Part shown: positions 29,991 to 40,400 of the stretch, piece by piece
Layout: the number at the start of each line of letters is the position of its first letter
Numbering within the stretch: position 1 is the first letter of the stretch
From: Thermoanaerobaculia bacterium
GTDB lineage: Bacteria > Acidobacteriota > Thermoanaerobaculia > Multivoradales > JAGPDF01
Direction of reading: 5' to 3'
Assembly (NCBI GenBank): GCA_963788175.1
Contig: CAWBFZ010000010.1
Span: 6,313-70,312, forward strand
DNA length: 64,000 nt
The notes under the pieces: model-generated
What the model was told of the DNA's origin: nothing
Databases searched by the model: none
What the model saw: only the letters and a program-made list of their open reading frames with translations
Made by a program: the position numbers and the translations under genes

Positions 29991-32660
29991 ATGATTGGCA
30001 CCCGCCTCGGTCCCTACGAGATCACCGCCAAGCTCGGCGAAGGCGGCATGGGCGAGGTCTTCCGCGCCCGCGACAGCAAGCTCGACCGCGAGGTGGCGAT
30101 CAAGGTGCTGCCCCAGCATCTCGCCGCCGACGCCGAGGCTCTGGCGCGCTTCGAACGCGAAGCCAAGGCGGTCGCGGCGCTTTCGCATCCGAACATCCTG
30201 GCCATCTTCGACTTCGGCAGGGACGGCGAGACCGCCTACGCGGCGATGGAGCTGCTCGACGGCGAGACGCTGCGCGAGCGGCTCACTTCGGGGCCGCTGC
30301 CGGTGCGCAAGGCGCTCGAGGTCGCTGCGCAGATCGCCGCCGGGCTCGCCGCCGCGCACGCCCGCGGCATCGTCCACCGCGACCTCAAACCCGACAATCT
30401 CTTCCTCACCCGCGACGGCCAGCTGAAAATCCTCGACTTCGGCCTGGCGCGCCAGAGCGAACTGCACGGATCGAAGAGCCAGCTTCTCGCTGCGCCGACG
30501 CAGGGACCCGGCACCGAGCCCGGCGCGGTGCTCGGGACGGTCGGCTATATGTCCCCGGAGCAGGTGCGCGGCGAACCGGCGGACAACCGCTCGGACCTCT
30601 TCGCGCTCGGCGTCGTGCTCTACGAAATGCTCACCGGCCGGCGTGCCTTCGCTCACGGCTCGGCGGTCGAGACGATGTCGGCGATCCTGCGCGAAGAGCC
30701 GCCGGAGATCGAAAGCCTCGGCGAGAAGTTCTCGCCGGCGCTCGCCCGCCTCCTCCAGCACTGCCTCGAGAAGCGCCCCGACGAGCGCTTCCAGTCGGCG
30801 CGCGATCTCGCTTTCGATCTCAGGTCGCTGGCGACCGGCGGCTCTTCCTCCGGACGCTCCGGCCGCGCAGCGGTCGTCGCGGAGAGTCCGGCGCGCCGGC
30901 GCGCGCTCGCGGCCGCGCTCCTCGTCGCCGTCGGAGCTCTCGCGGGCGGAGTGGCCGCGACTCTCCTGCGCCGCCCCGCGGCCCCCGCGGCGGCAGTCCT
31001 CCGGCCGACGTTCCGGCAGCTGACCAAGCTGCCCGGCGGCGAAGGGAATCCGACCATCGCCCCCGACGGCGAGAGCTTCGTCTTCGTCAAGCGTGACGGC
31101 GGCGACGCCGATCTCTTCCTGCAGCGGATCGACGGCGCGAAGCCGATCCCGCTCACCGCCGACTGCGCGCAGGACGACACCGATCCGGAGTTTTCGCCCG
31201 ACGGACGGACGATCGCCTACCGCTCGGAATGCGGCGGCGGCGGCATCTTCGTCATGGGGGCGACCGGCGAGGCGAGCCGGCGCGTCACCGATTTCGGCTA
31301 CGCGCCGGCCTGGTCGCCGGACGCGAGCGAGCTTGCCGTCGTCACCGAAGACAGTGGGCCGCCGACCTCACGCAATTCGCTCAGCGAGCTCTGGGCGGTG
31401 AAGCTCGACTCCGGCGTACGCCGGCGGGTGAGCCTCTACGACGCGATGGCACCGACCTGGTCGCCCGACGGGCGCCGCATCGCCTTCTGGGGCCTGCGCA
31501 GGGAGACCTTCCAACGCGATCTCTGGAGCGTGTCCGCCGACGGTTCCGAGAGCGCGGTAGAGGCTGCAGTCTCGATCGTCGACGATCCGGCGATCGACTG
31601 GGCGCCGGTCTACTCGCACGACGGCCACTGGCTCTATTTCGCCTCGACGCGGGGCGGGACCTTCAACATCTGGCGCCTGGCACTCGACCCGGCCACCGGC
31701 GCCGCGCAGGGTGAGCCCGAGCCGCTGACCGCGCCGTCGAGCTGGGCCGGCCCCTTCGATCTCTCTGCCGACGGTCGCCGCATCGTCTTCGTCGACCGCA
31801 ACGCGCAGACCGGGATCGTGCGCGCCGCGTTCGACCCCTCGCGCCAGGAGCTCGCCGCCGCGCCGGCGCCGGTCTTCAGCGGTTCCTTCGAGCTCCGCGA
31901 GCAACAACTGTCCTTCGATGGCCAACGGATCGTCTTCACCAACGAGGACATGCCGCAGCACCTCCACTTGGTGCAGATCGACGGCACCGGCTACCGCCAG
32001 CTCACCACCGGAGACGAAAGGAATCGACAGGGTTCATGGTCGCCGCAAGGAGACTGGATCGCCTTCCAGACCAACCAGGGGGAATCCAGCCTGGCCGCGA
32101 TCCATCCCGACGGCGGTGCGCGGCAACCGATCGCGGTCGGACGCGGCTTCACCAATCCGCGCTGGTCGCCCGACGGCAAGGCGCTGGTCACCTTCAATAC
32201 CGGAATCGGCGGCATGGTGCTCGACCTCGCTGCCGGTCTTGGCTCGCCAGTCAAGCAGGACCTGCCGCCGGTCGCACCCGGAGTGCTCTTCTGGCCGATC
32301 GCCTGGTCCCCGGACGGCTCGCAGATCGCCGGCACCGCGGTCACCGCCGGGCAGGTCGGCGACATCCATCTCTGGTCGATCGCCGAGCGCACCTATCGCA
32401 GGTTGCGCTGGGCTCGCGAAGGGCTGGTCGACTACAGCCTCGCCTTCGTCGACCGCGACCATCTCGTCTACGGTTCCGGCGGCGAGGTCTGGCTCGGCGA
32501 CCTCCGCGGTGGCGCGCCCAGGCGACTCTACGCCCCGGCGCCCGGCCACATCATCAACAACCTCTCCGCCTCGCGCGACGGCCTCGCCCTCACCTGGATC
32601 GACAACGCCGACGAGTCGGACATCTGGCTGATGACACTCGAAGAGCAGACAACCCCCTAG
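29991..32660 (+). CDS. Divergent Ser/Thr kinase-TM-TolB/PD40 beta-propeller protein (paralog 9)
   Basis: MIGTRLGPYEITAKLGEGGMGEVFRARDSKLDREVAIKVLP with HRDLKPDNLFL and DFGLARQ motifs. The TM segment is LAAALLVAVGALAGGVAATLL. PD40-like motifs EFSPDGRTIAY, WSPDGRRIAFW and WSPDGSQIAG follow. Confidence 0.9.
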   Translation: MIGTRLGPYEITAKLGEGGMGEVFRARDSKLDREVAIKVLPQHLAADAEALARFEREAKAVAALSHPNILAIFDFGRDGETAYAAMELLDGETLRERLTSGPLPVRKALEVAAQIAAGLAAAHARGIVHRDLKPDNLFLTRDGQLKILDFGLARQSELHGSKSQLLAAPTQGPGTEPGAVLGTVGYMSPEQVRGEPADNRSDLFALGVVLYEMLTGRRAFAHGSAVETMSAILREEPPEIESLGEKFSPALARLLQHCLEKRPDERFQSARDLAFDLRSLATGGSSSGRSGRAAVVAESPARRRALAAALLVAVGALAGGVAATLLRRPAAPAAAVLRPTFRQLTKLPGGEGNPTIAPDGESFVFVKRDGGDADLFLQRIDGAKPIPLTADCAQDDTDPEFSPDGRTIAYRSECGGGGIFVMGATGEASRRVTDFGYAPAWSPDASELAVVTEDSGPPTSRNSLSELWAVKLDSGVRRRVSLYDAMAPTWSPDGRRIAFWGLRRETFQRDLWSVSADGSESAVEAAVSIVDDPAIDWAPVYSHDGHWLYFASTRGGTFNIWRLALDPATGAAQGEPEPLTAPSSWAGPFDLSADGRRIVFVDRNAQTGIVRAAFDPSRQELAAAPAPVFSGSFELREQQLSFDGQRIVFTNEDMPQHLHLVQIDGTGYRQLTTGDERNRQGSWSPQGDWIAFQTNQGESSLAAIHPDGGARQPIAVGRGFTNPRWSPDGKALVTFNTGIGGMVLDLAAGLGSPVKQDLPPVAPGVLFWPIAWSPDGSQIAGTAVTAGQVGDIHLWSIAERTYRRLRWAREGLVDYSLAFVDRDHLVYGSGGEVWLGDLRGGAPRRLYAPAPGHIINNLSASRDGLALTWIDNADESDIWLMTLEEQTTP

Positions 32661-32749
32661 ACTTCCGCTCAGAGCGGGGCGTCGACCGGTGGGCGCCCAC
32701 CCGGGAGGACGGTGCACCCGGCTGCCGCCCCGGGTAACCTCGCAAGGCG

Positions 32750-34279
32750 ATGGGGCAGCTTCCGCGACTCGTGCTGACCGGCGCGGCCGGATTCCTCGGC
32801 AAGCAGGTGATCGAACGGCTCGCCGGCAAGTGGCGCATCGAGGCGGTCGATCGTGACCCGCCGATTGCGGGGCCGCTGGCGCACCGGCCCGATGTTGCCT
32901 GGCACGCGGTCGACCTCACTGACGCCGCGGCGGTGACGTGGCTGTTCACCCGCCTGCGCGAGGACGGCGGCGCCACCGCTCTCGTCCACCTCGCCGCACA
33001 CTACGACTTCACCGGTGAACGCCATCCCGACTATCAGCGCACCAACGTCGACGGCACGCGGCGGCTGCTCGACGCCTGCGATGGACTAGGACTCGAGCGC
33101 TTCGTCTTCGCGAGCTCGCTCGCCGCCTGCGAATTTCCGCGCGCCGGGAAGATCCTCGTCGAGTCGAGCCCGCCCGACGGCGCGCACATCTACGCCGAGA
33201 GCAAGCGCGCCGGCGAAGCGATCGTGCGCGGGGAGCGGCGCTTTCCGACCACCATCGTGCGCTTCGCCGCCCTGTATTCGGACTGGTGTGAGTATGCCCC
33301 GCTCTTCTCGCTCCTGCGAACCTGGCTGTCGAAGGGCTGGAACTCGCGCATTCTCGGCGGACGCGGGCGCTCAGCCGTGCCCTATCTCCACGTCCGCGAT
33401 GCGGGCGCCTTCCTCGAGCGGCTGCTCGATCTGCGCCAGGAGCTCGAACCGGCGGAGGTCCTCATCGCGAGCCCGAACCGGGTGACCTCGCACGCCGACC
33501 TCTTCCGCGCCGTGACCGCCTACGTCCGCGGGAGGCCGCTGCGCCCGATCTTCACGCCGCAGCCGATCGCAGCGCTGGGCTTGCGCTTTCTCGATCTGGT
33601 CGGCAAAGCCTCCGGTGACCGGCCGTTCGAGCGCCCCTGGATGGCAAAGATGATCGATCGCCGCCTCGAGGTCGATCCGAGCCACACCTACGAGCGGCTC
33701 GGGTGGACGCCGCGCGCGCGCCTCGAGGTCACGCGGCGGATTCCGTTCCTGATCGAGAATCAATACAGCGAGCAGGGTACCTGGGCCGCCCGCAACGAAG
33801 CGGCCCTGCACATCGCCGAACTGCCGGCGCAGGTGCAGATCCTGCGCCTTTTCGAAGCGCACGAAGAGGAGCTCTTCGAAGCGGCAACGCGCGCCCTGGT
33901 CGCCGATCCGGTGCACTTCCCGCACTACGCGACCGTCGGCTCGAGCGAGCACGACTGGAATCACCGCCAGTTCCTCCGCAACCTGGCGCAGTCGGTGCGC
34001 ACACGGCATCGCGGCTTCTTCCGCACCTATTGCCACGATCTCGCGCTGCGGCGCGCCCGGCAGGGGATCCCCCATCACGAGCTCGACGCGGCGCTGCTCT
34101 CCTTTCAGAGGGTCTTCTACGAGGTGCTGGCCGCCGATCCGCGCGCCGCGGCCCTGCAGCCCCACCTGCACGAGCTCGTCACCCGCACCATCGAGTTCGG
34201 GCTCGACGGAGTCGAGGCCGGCTACGAAGAGGCCGGCCCGCCGCAAGCGACGGCGGAACATCAGCCTCCGGACTCGTAG
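32750..34279 (+). CDS. NAD-dependent epimerase/dehydratase-family (extended SDR) protein with a ~180-aa C-terminal extension
   Basis: The N-terminus is VLTGAAGFLGKQVIERL (Rossmann GxxGxxG). YAESK provides the catalytic YxxxK, and LVHLAAHYDF is also present. Confidence 0.7.
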   Translation: MGQLPRLVLTGAAGFLGKQVIERLAGKWRIEAVDRDPPIAGPLAHRPDVAWHAVDLTDAAAVTWLFTRLREDGGATALVHLAAHYDFTGERHPDYQRTNVDGTRRLLDACDGLGLERFVFASSLAACEFPRAGKILVESSPPDGAHIYAESKRAGEAIVRGERRFPTTIVRFAALYSDWCEYAPLFSLLRTWLSKGWNSRILGGRGRSAVPYLHVRDAGAFLERLLDLRQELEPAEVLIASPNRVTSHADLFRAVTAYVRGRPLRPIFTPQPIAALGLRFLDLVGKASGDRPFERPWMAKMIDRRLEVDPSHTYERLGWTPRARLEVTRRIPFLIENQYSEQGTWAARNEAALHIAELPAQVQILRLFEAHEEELFEAATRALVADPVHFPHYATVGSSEHDWNHRQFLRNLAQSVRTRHRGFFRTYCHDLALRRARQGIPHHELDAALLSFQRVFYEVLAADPRAAALQPHLHELVTRTIEFGLDGVEAGYEEAGPPQATAEHQPPDS

Positions 34280-34359
34280 CCGGCACGGACCCAAGAAAGG
34301 TAGTGGCGCATCGACGTCTTCGCGCCGCCAGCCCTGGCTGCCGGTAGACTCCGGTTCCG

Positions 34360-37300
34360 ATGGTCTCAAACCCTCGCCTGCCCCTCTTTGCCTTCGCCGT
34401 CGCGCTCGTCCTGCCGGCCGTCGCGGCGGCAGCGCTCGACGAAGCGGCCCTGAGCCTGCGCCAGAAAGGCCTCGCCGAGCTCGAGAACGAGCAGCCGTCG
34501 GCCGCCGCTGCGACCTTCGCCGAGCTCGCGCGGCGGGTTCCGGACGACCCGCTGCCACACGCCAACCTGGCGATCGCGGCGCTCCGCCAGGCTCGTCTGG
34601 AAGAGGCGCGGGCCGCGCTCGCCCGGGCGCTTGCGCTCGCGCCCGCGCGGCCCGACCTCGTCGCCATCGATGCCGAGATCGCCGCCGCGAGCGGTGATCT
34701 CGAAACCGGGCTGGAGCTCTTCCGCGCCGCGGCGGCGGGTGCGCCCGGCCGGGCCGATCTGCAGTTCGCCCTCCTGCGCAACGGCGAAGCGCTCGGCGGC
34801 GAGGCCGGCGACGCCGCCGTCGACGCGGCGCTCCTCCGGCTCACGCGCCTGCGCCCGGACAATCTCGTCGTGCTGCTCGGCGCCGGCCGGCGCGCGGTCG
34901 CGCCGCCGATCGACCGCAGCGCCGCCACGGCCGCGGCGCTGCGTATCCGGGAGCTCCTCTGGGAGGCCCCGGATGCGGCGCTCGAGGCGCTCGACCGGCT
35001 GACCGCGGCGCTCGAGGCCAGCGACCTGCCGCGGGCGCGTGTACCGATGCTGCAACTGGCGAACCTGCTGCGCCCGGGGCCGCTCTTCCAGCAAGGAGTC
35101 CGGGAGCTCTCGAGCGGCATCCTGGGGATTCCGGTCGAGCGTTTCGTCCTCGAACCACCGGCGCACGAGTTCGGTACCGCCGCTCGCCGTTGCGTTCGCC
35201 GGCACGGTGGTCGAAGCGAGCGCCGGCGGCGGCGCGCCCGCAGGCCCCCGTACCCTCCTCGCCACCGACCTCGACGGCGACCAGCGGCCGGATCTCGCTG
35301 CGGCTTGTGGCTGGCCCTCCGCGACGAACCCGGTCGCGCTGGAAATCCGCCTCGCCGCCGCCGGCTTCCGTCCGCAGATTCTCGGCCGGGCGTCCGGGCT
35401 CGTCGCGCTGCAGGCGGCCGATCTCGATCAGGACGGAAGGATGCGACCTCGTCGCCGTCGGCGCCTGCCGGCGCGCTCCGATTCCGCGCCGGGACGCCGG
35501 GGTTCACCCCCTGGCCGGCGGCCGGCGCGGAGCCGGCGATCCGCGGCAGCGCGCTCGCGGCGCTCGACTTCGACCTCGAAGGGGATCTCGATCTGGCGCT
35601 CGCCGGCGCGCGGGCACCGGGCGGCGAGCTGCTGCGCGTCCGCGGCCCCCGACCCCTCGTCGCCGCTCGGCGGCAGGTGTTGCCGGCGCCTGGCGCTCGG
35701 CGGCGTGCGCCGCCTGCTCGCGAGCGACCTCGACCGCGACGGCGATCCCGATCTCGTCGCGGCGGGCGACGATGGCCTCCTTCTGCTCGACAACCTCCGC
35801 CAGGGGCGCTTCGCCGATCGCACCGGCGCCGCGGAGCTGGCCGGCGACCGGGCCGCTCTTCGACGTGGCGAGCCGCCGATCTCGACCGACGGACGGCCCG
35901 ATCTGGAGCTCGTCGGGCGGGGGCGCGGCTGGTCCACGTCGTCTCCGCAACCGTGGCACGGCTTCGAGCCTTGGCGCTGCTCGCCGGGGTGCCGCCGCGC
36001 GTTTCGACGCCGTGATGCCTTCGACGCCGACAACGACGGCCGACTCGATCTGGCGCTCGCCGGTCCGGCGGGTGTCGTCGTGCTGGGCTGCGCGGAGCCG
36101 CTCGCCGGCGCCGCGCCTCGAGCGGCTCGCGACGTCCGGGGCTCCGACCGCGCGCATCGCGTCGCTGGCCGCGCCGACCTCGACGGCGACGGCGATCTCG
36201 AGCTCGTCGCCGCGGGTCGGGCCGGCCGGCGGCTCGGCGGCGCTTCGAGAACCGCGGAGGCAACGGCAATCACTGGCTGGCCGTCCGCCTGCGCGGACTC
36301 GAGCAGGGCAACGGCAAGAACGATCGCCTCGGCTTCGGTGCGACGCTCGAGCTGCGCCGCGGCGCCGCCTACCAGTTTCGCGAGGTCGACGACGAGGTCA
36401 CCGCACTTCGGTCTCGGCTCGCGGTCCGCGGACCGACGCTGCTGCGCGTCGTCTGGTCGAACGGCGTGCCGCAGAACCGCCTCGCGCCGCGCGGCGACCA
36501 ACGGATCGTCGAGGAGCAGGTGCTCAAGGGCAGCTGCCCGTTCCTCTACGCCTGGACCGGCGAGCGCTTCGCGTTCGTCACCGACCTGCTCTGGAACTCG
36601 CCGATCGGCCTGCCGGTCGCGCCCGGCGTCTGGGCAGCCCGGATCCCGGCGAGCTCGTGCGCGTCGACGGACTGGTGGCGGAGGCCGGGTTCGTACCGCC
36701 TGCGGCTGACCGAGGAGCTCTGGGAGGCGGCGCTCTTCGACCAGGTGCGGCTCTGGGTCGTCGACGCTCCGAGGCGACGTCGAGGTGGCGAGCAACCTGC
36801 GCGTCGTGCCCGGCGCCCCGCCGCAGCCGGAGCGACGTCCTGGCCAGCCGCGGGCTGCGCGCCGCCCGCCGCCGCCTGGGACGGCACCGGGGCCGAGGTC
36901 ACCGCGCAGCATCGCGGCGCGCGACGAGATCTACGCCTCCGGCTATCCGCACGAGCCCGCTCCAGGGTCGCCTCGCGCGTGGACCTTCACCTTCGAGCTC
37001 GACGAGGCGCCGGCGGCGCCGATCCGTCTGCATCTCGACGGCTGGGTCTTTCCGTCCGACGCCAGCCTCAACCTGGCGGTGGCGCAGCGCGCCGACCTGC
37101 CCGTATCTCGCACCGCGTCTCGAGGTCGAGACCGCGGCGGGCTGGGAGGCTGCTGGTCGCCGATTTCGGCCTGCCGCCCGGCAAGACCAAGACCATGGTC
37201 GTCGACACGCCGCCGCTGCCGCCCGGAGCGCGCCGCCTGCGCATCGTCTCCTCACTCTGGCTCGCCTGGGACCGGATCGCCTGGACGACGCAGCAGCGCC

Positions 37301-37770
37301 GACGCCGAGGCCACGACGGTCGCGATGCTCGCGCCGGCACTCGCCGAGCTCCGCTACCGCGGCTTCTCGGCCGCTCTACCGGCGCGCCCCCAACGCGCCG
37401 CACGCCTACGACTACGACGACGTCGCCGCGACCTCGCCCTGGCTGCCGTTTCCGGGCCGCTACACGCCGTTACGGCGACGTCGGCGAGCTGCTGGCGGCG
37501 GCCGACGATCGCAGCGCGCATCCTCGCGCCCGGCGACGAGTTGGCGCTCGAGTTCGACGGCAGCGCGCCTGCCGCCGCTGGCGCCCGGCTTCCGGCGCAC
37601 GCTCTTGCTCGAGAGCCACGGCTGGGACAAGGACTGTCGACCGCAACACCTTCGCCGGCGAACGCCTCGAGCCGCTCCCGTTCCGCGCCATGAGCGGCTA
37701 TCCCTGGCGCGACGACGAGCACTATCCGGAGACTCCGGAGCTCGGCGCTACCGCGAGGAGTGGCTGACGC
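34360..37770 (+). pseudogene. CRTAC1/ASPIC-UnbV family protein with an N-terminal TPR-like region; the frame is broken several times
   Basis: ORF 34360.. gives a signal peptide (MVSNPRLPLFAFAVALVLPAVAAAA) and a TPR-like region. FG-GAP/VCBS motifs (LLATDLDGDQRPDLAAA, LASDLDRDGDPDLVAAGDDGLLLLDN) and the UnbV_ASPIC-like stretch (NHWLAVRLRGLEQGNGKNDRLGFGATLEL...) appear only by hopping among three frames (ORFs 35039.., 35190.., 36466..). Confidence 0.5.
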
Positions 37771-40400
37771 GCGAGGTGACGGGGCCGTCGCGCACGCCGC
37801 CACGGGCGGACTCCCGACGCACGCTTGCCGGCGCCGGGTGGATACGGCTGGGAGAAGTCGTCAGCGCGCGCGTTCGACGACGAGCGTGCGGTCGACGGCG
37901 GGGAGCGCGGCCGCTCCGACCTCCTGCACCGTGCCGTCGGGCCAGCGCACGACGAGACCGTCGACGGCGGTCGACATCGCCCAGACCGAAGGTCGCGACG
38001 GTCTCGCTCTGCGAGAGGTAGCCGCGCGTCGCCGTGATCGTCCGGCGCTGGCGTCGTGCCGTCGGCGCGGAGCTCGATCTCGGCGCCGTAGGCGAGGCGA
38101 TTGCCCTGCCTCGTCGGCGAGCCGGACCTTGAGCCAGTGATGGCCGCTGTCGCTGGTCGTTGCGCAGCAGCAGCGGCGGGCCGCCGACCTGGGTCAGGAC
38201 GAGGTCGGGATCGCCGTCGCCGTCGAAGTCGGCCGTCGCCAGGCCGCGGCCGGCGATCGGCCGGGCGAGGTCGCCGACGGCGTCGCTGCGGCGAGGAGCG
38301 CGAAGGTCTGGCGCGCCTCCGGGCCGGCGTTCCAGAAGAGCTGCGCCGCCTGCAGGTAGCTCTGGCTCGGATCGACGCTGGGCGATCGCGCTCTCGAGGT
38401 GGCCGTTCGCGGCGACGAGGTCGAGACGGCCGTCGAGGTCGAGGTCGGCGAACAGCAATCCGAAGGTGAGCGCCCGGCGCGACGCCGCGCCGATGCCGGC
38501 GGCGATCGCCTCGTCGGCCCAGAGCAGGCCGTCGCCCTGGCTGACGTAGAACGAGGTCATCTCGTTGGCGAAGTTGCCGATCGCGATCGCCAGCTCGCCG
38601 GCATCGCGAAAGGCGCCGACGTCGATCCCCATGGCGCCGGTCGCCGCACCCATGCGGTCGAAGGCGACGCCGGCGGCGGTGCCGATCTCCTCGAAGGTGC
38701 GGTCGCCGCGGTTGCGGAAGAGGAAGTTCGCGGTGGTGTCGTTGGCGACCAGGAGGTCGACGTCCAGCCGTCGCCGTCGAGGTCGTGCGCCACGACGCCG
38801 AGCGCCTTCCCGACCGGGCGGCCGGTGGCCGGGTTGGCGACCGCGGATGCCCGCCGCCGCCGAGATGTCGACGAAGCGCCCCGTCCCGTCGTTTCGTAGA
38901 GCGCCGAGTCGGCGCCCTCGTAGTGCGTCGGCGGACCGTAGGCACGGCCCGACTCCGGTGAGCCGGAAGTCGACGTCGAGGTCGATCTGCCGCGACCAGC
39001 GCACGTAGCGGCAGACGAAGAGGTCGAGGTCGCCGTCGCGCTCGGCAGATCGAAGAAGGTCGCGCAGGTGTGCCAGTCGGCGGCGTCGCCCTCGACGCCG
39101 GCGCGCGGCATCTCGACGAAGCGCGCGTCCCCGCCGCCTCCCGCCGACATTGCGCAGCAGGCGGTTCTCGCCCACCGCCGTCACCAGGAGGTCCGGCCGG
39201 GCGTCGCCGTCGACGTCGCCCACCGCGACCCCCATGCCGTAGAGCGCCACCCGCCCCAGGCCGGACTCGGCGGTGACGTCGGTGAACCGCCAGCGTCGCG
39301 GCTCCGGCTGTCGTTGCGGTAGAGGCGGAGCGCGGGCCGCGGTCCGCCGCTCCACGGCCAGCTGCCGGAGTCGACGAACAGCAGGTCGCTGTCGCCGTCG
39401 CCGTCGGCGTCGAAGGCGGCGACACCGCCGCCCATCGACTCGGGCAGGAGCTTCTCGCCGGTCGCTCCGGTCGCGTGCACGAACTCGATCCCCGCCGCAG
39501 CGGTCTGGTTCGAGAAGCGGAGGGCTGCGGCGTGGCAGCGGACGCCTCGCGGCCCGCGGCGCGCGGCGCCGCGCCGGCGACCGCGCGACCGCGGTCGGCG
39601 CCTCGCGGCGCGGCACTCGCCGACGAGCAAGACCGCGCCGCCGCCGACGGCGGCGAGGAGCGAGCAGCGATCAGCGAACGCCGAACCGCGCGCCCGATGA
39701 CCGCGTCGTCGACCGGCGCGAGCTCGTCGTCGGGCTGGCGGCGCGCGCGGATCGCGTTCCGCCCGGCTGCGCTCATCGTCCGCCCCGCCGTCGCGCCGGC
39801 GCAGCTCGTAGGCCCCGCCCGGTCGAGGTCGTAGAGCACGATCGCCTCGGCGGCGTGGTCGGCGGCCGGGTCGGCGGCGCGCGCGATCGCCACCGCGCGG
39901 TCGCGCGCGTTGTCGTCGACGCGGTAGCGCGCGAAGGCCTCCGAGTGCCGCCGGGCGCCTTCGGCGTCGCCGAGCTCGCTGCAAGACCCGGGCGCAGGTT
40001 GTAGTGCGCCGCGGCGTTCTCCGGGTCGATCTCGAGCGCCGCCTCGAGTTGCGCTCGACGGCGCGCCGCAGGAACGCCTCACGCGCCGCGGCCGTGCGAC
40101 CGGGCCGCGCTCCTGCCGCGCCCGCTCGGCGAGCGTCTCGCCGAGCTCGATGCGCACCCGGTAGTCGCGCGAGAAGTCGAAGCCCCGCTCGGCCAGCTCG
40201 CCGCCGGTCGCGGCAGGATCCCCTCGAGAGCCGGCGATCGCCTCGTCGAGGTAGCCGTTCTGCTTGTCGACCTGCGCCGACGAGCCAGGCGAGCGTCCAG
40301 GGGCGTGCCGGAGGATCGAACTTCGCCGCGCGCGCGAGCGCCGCGACCGCGCGATCGGCGACCGCGCCCTGCGCGAGGTAGACCCGCGCCAGATTGAGCG
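37748..40400 (-). pseudogene. Second degraded CRTAC1/ASPIC-UnbV + TPR gene on the minus strand (boundaries approximate)
   Basis: FG-GAP motifs (FDADGDGDSDLLFVDSG, GDVDGDARPDLLVTAVGENRLLRN, ADFDGDGDPDLVLTQVGGPPLLLRN) and the ASPIC-like end (TRGYLSQSETVATFGLGDVD) are split between minus-strand ORFs 39181..40656 and 37748..39616. TPR-like sequence lies upstream. Confidence 0.45.
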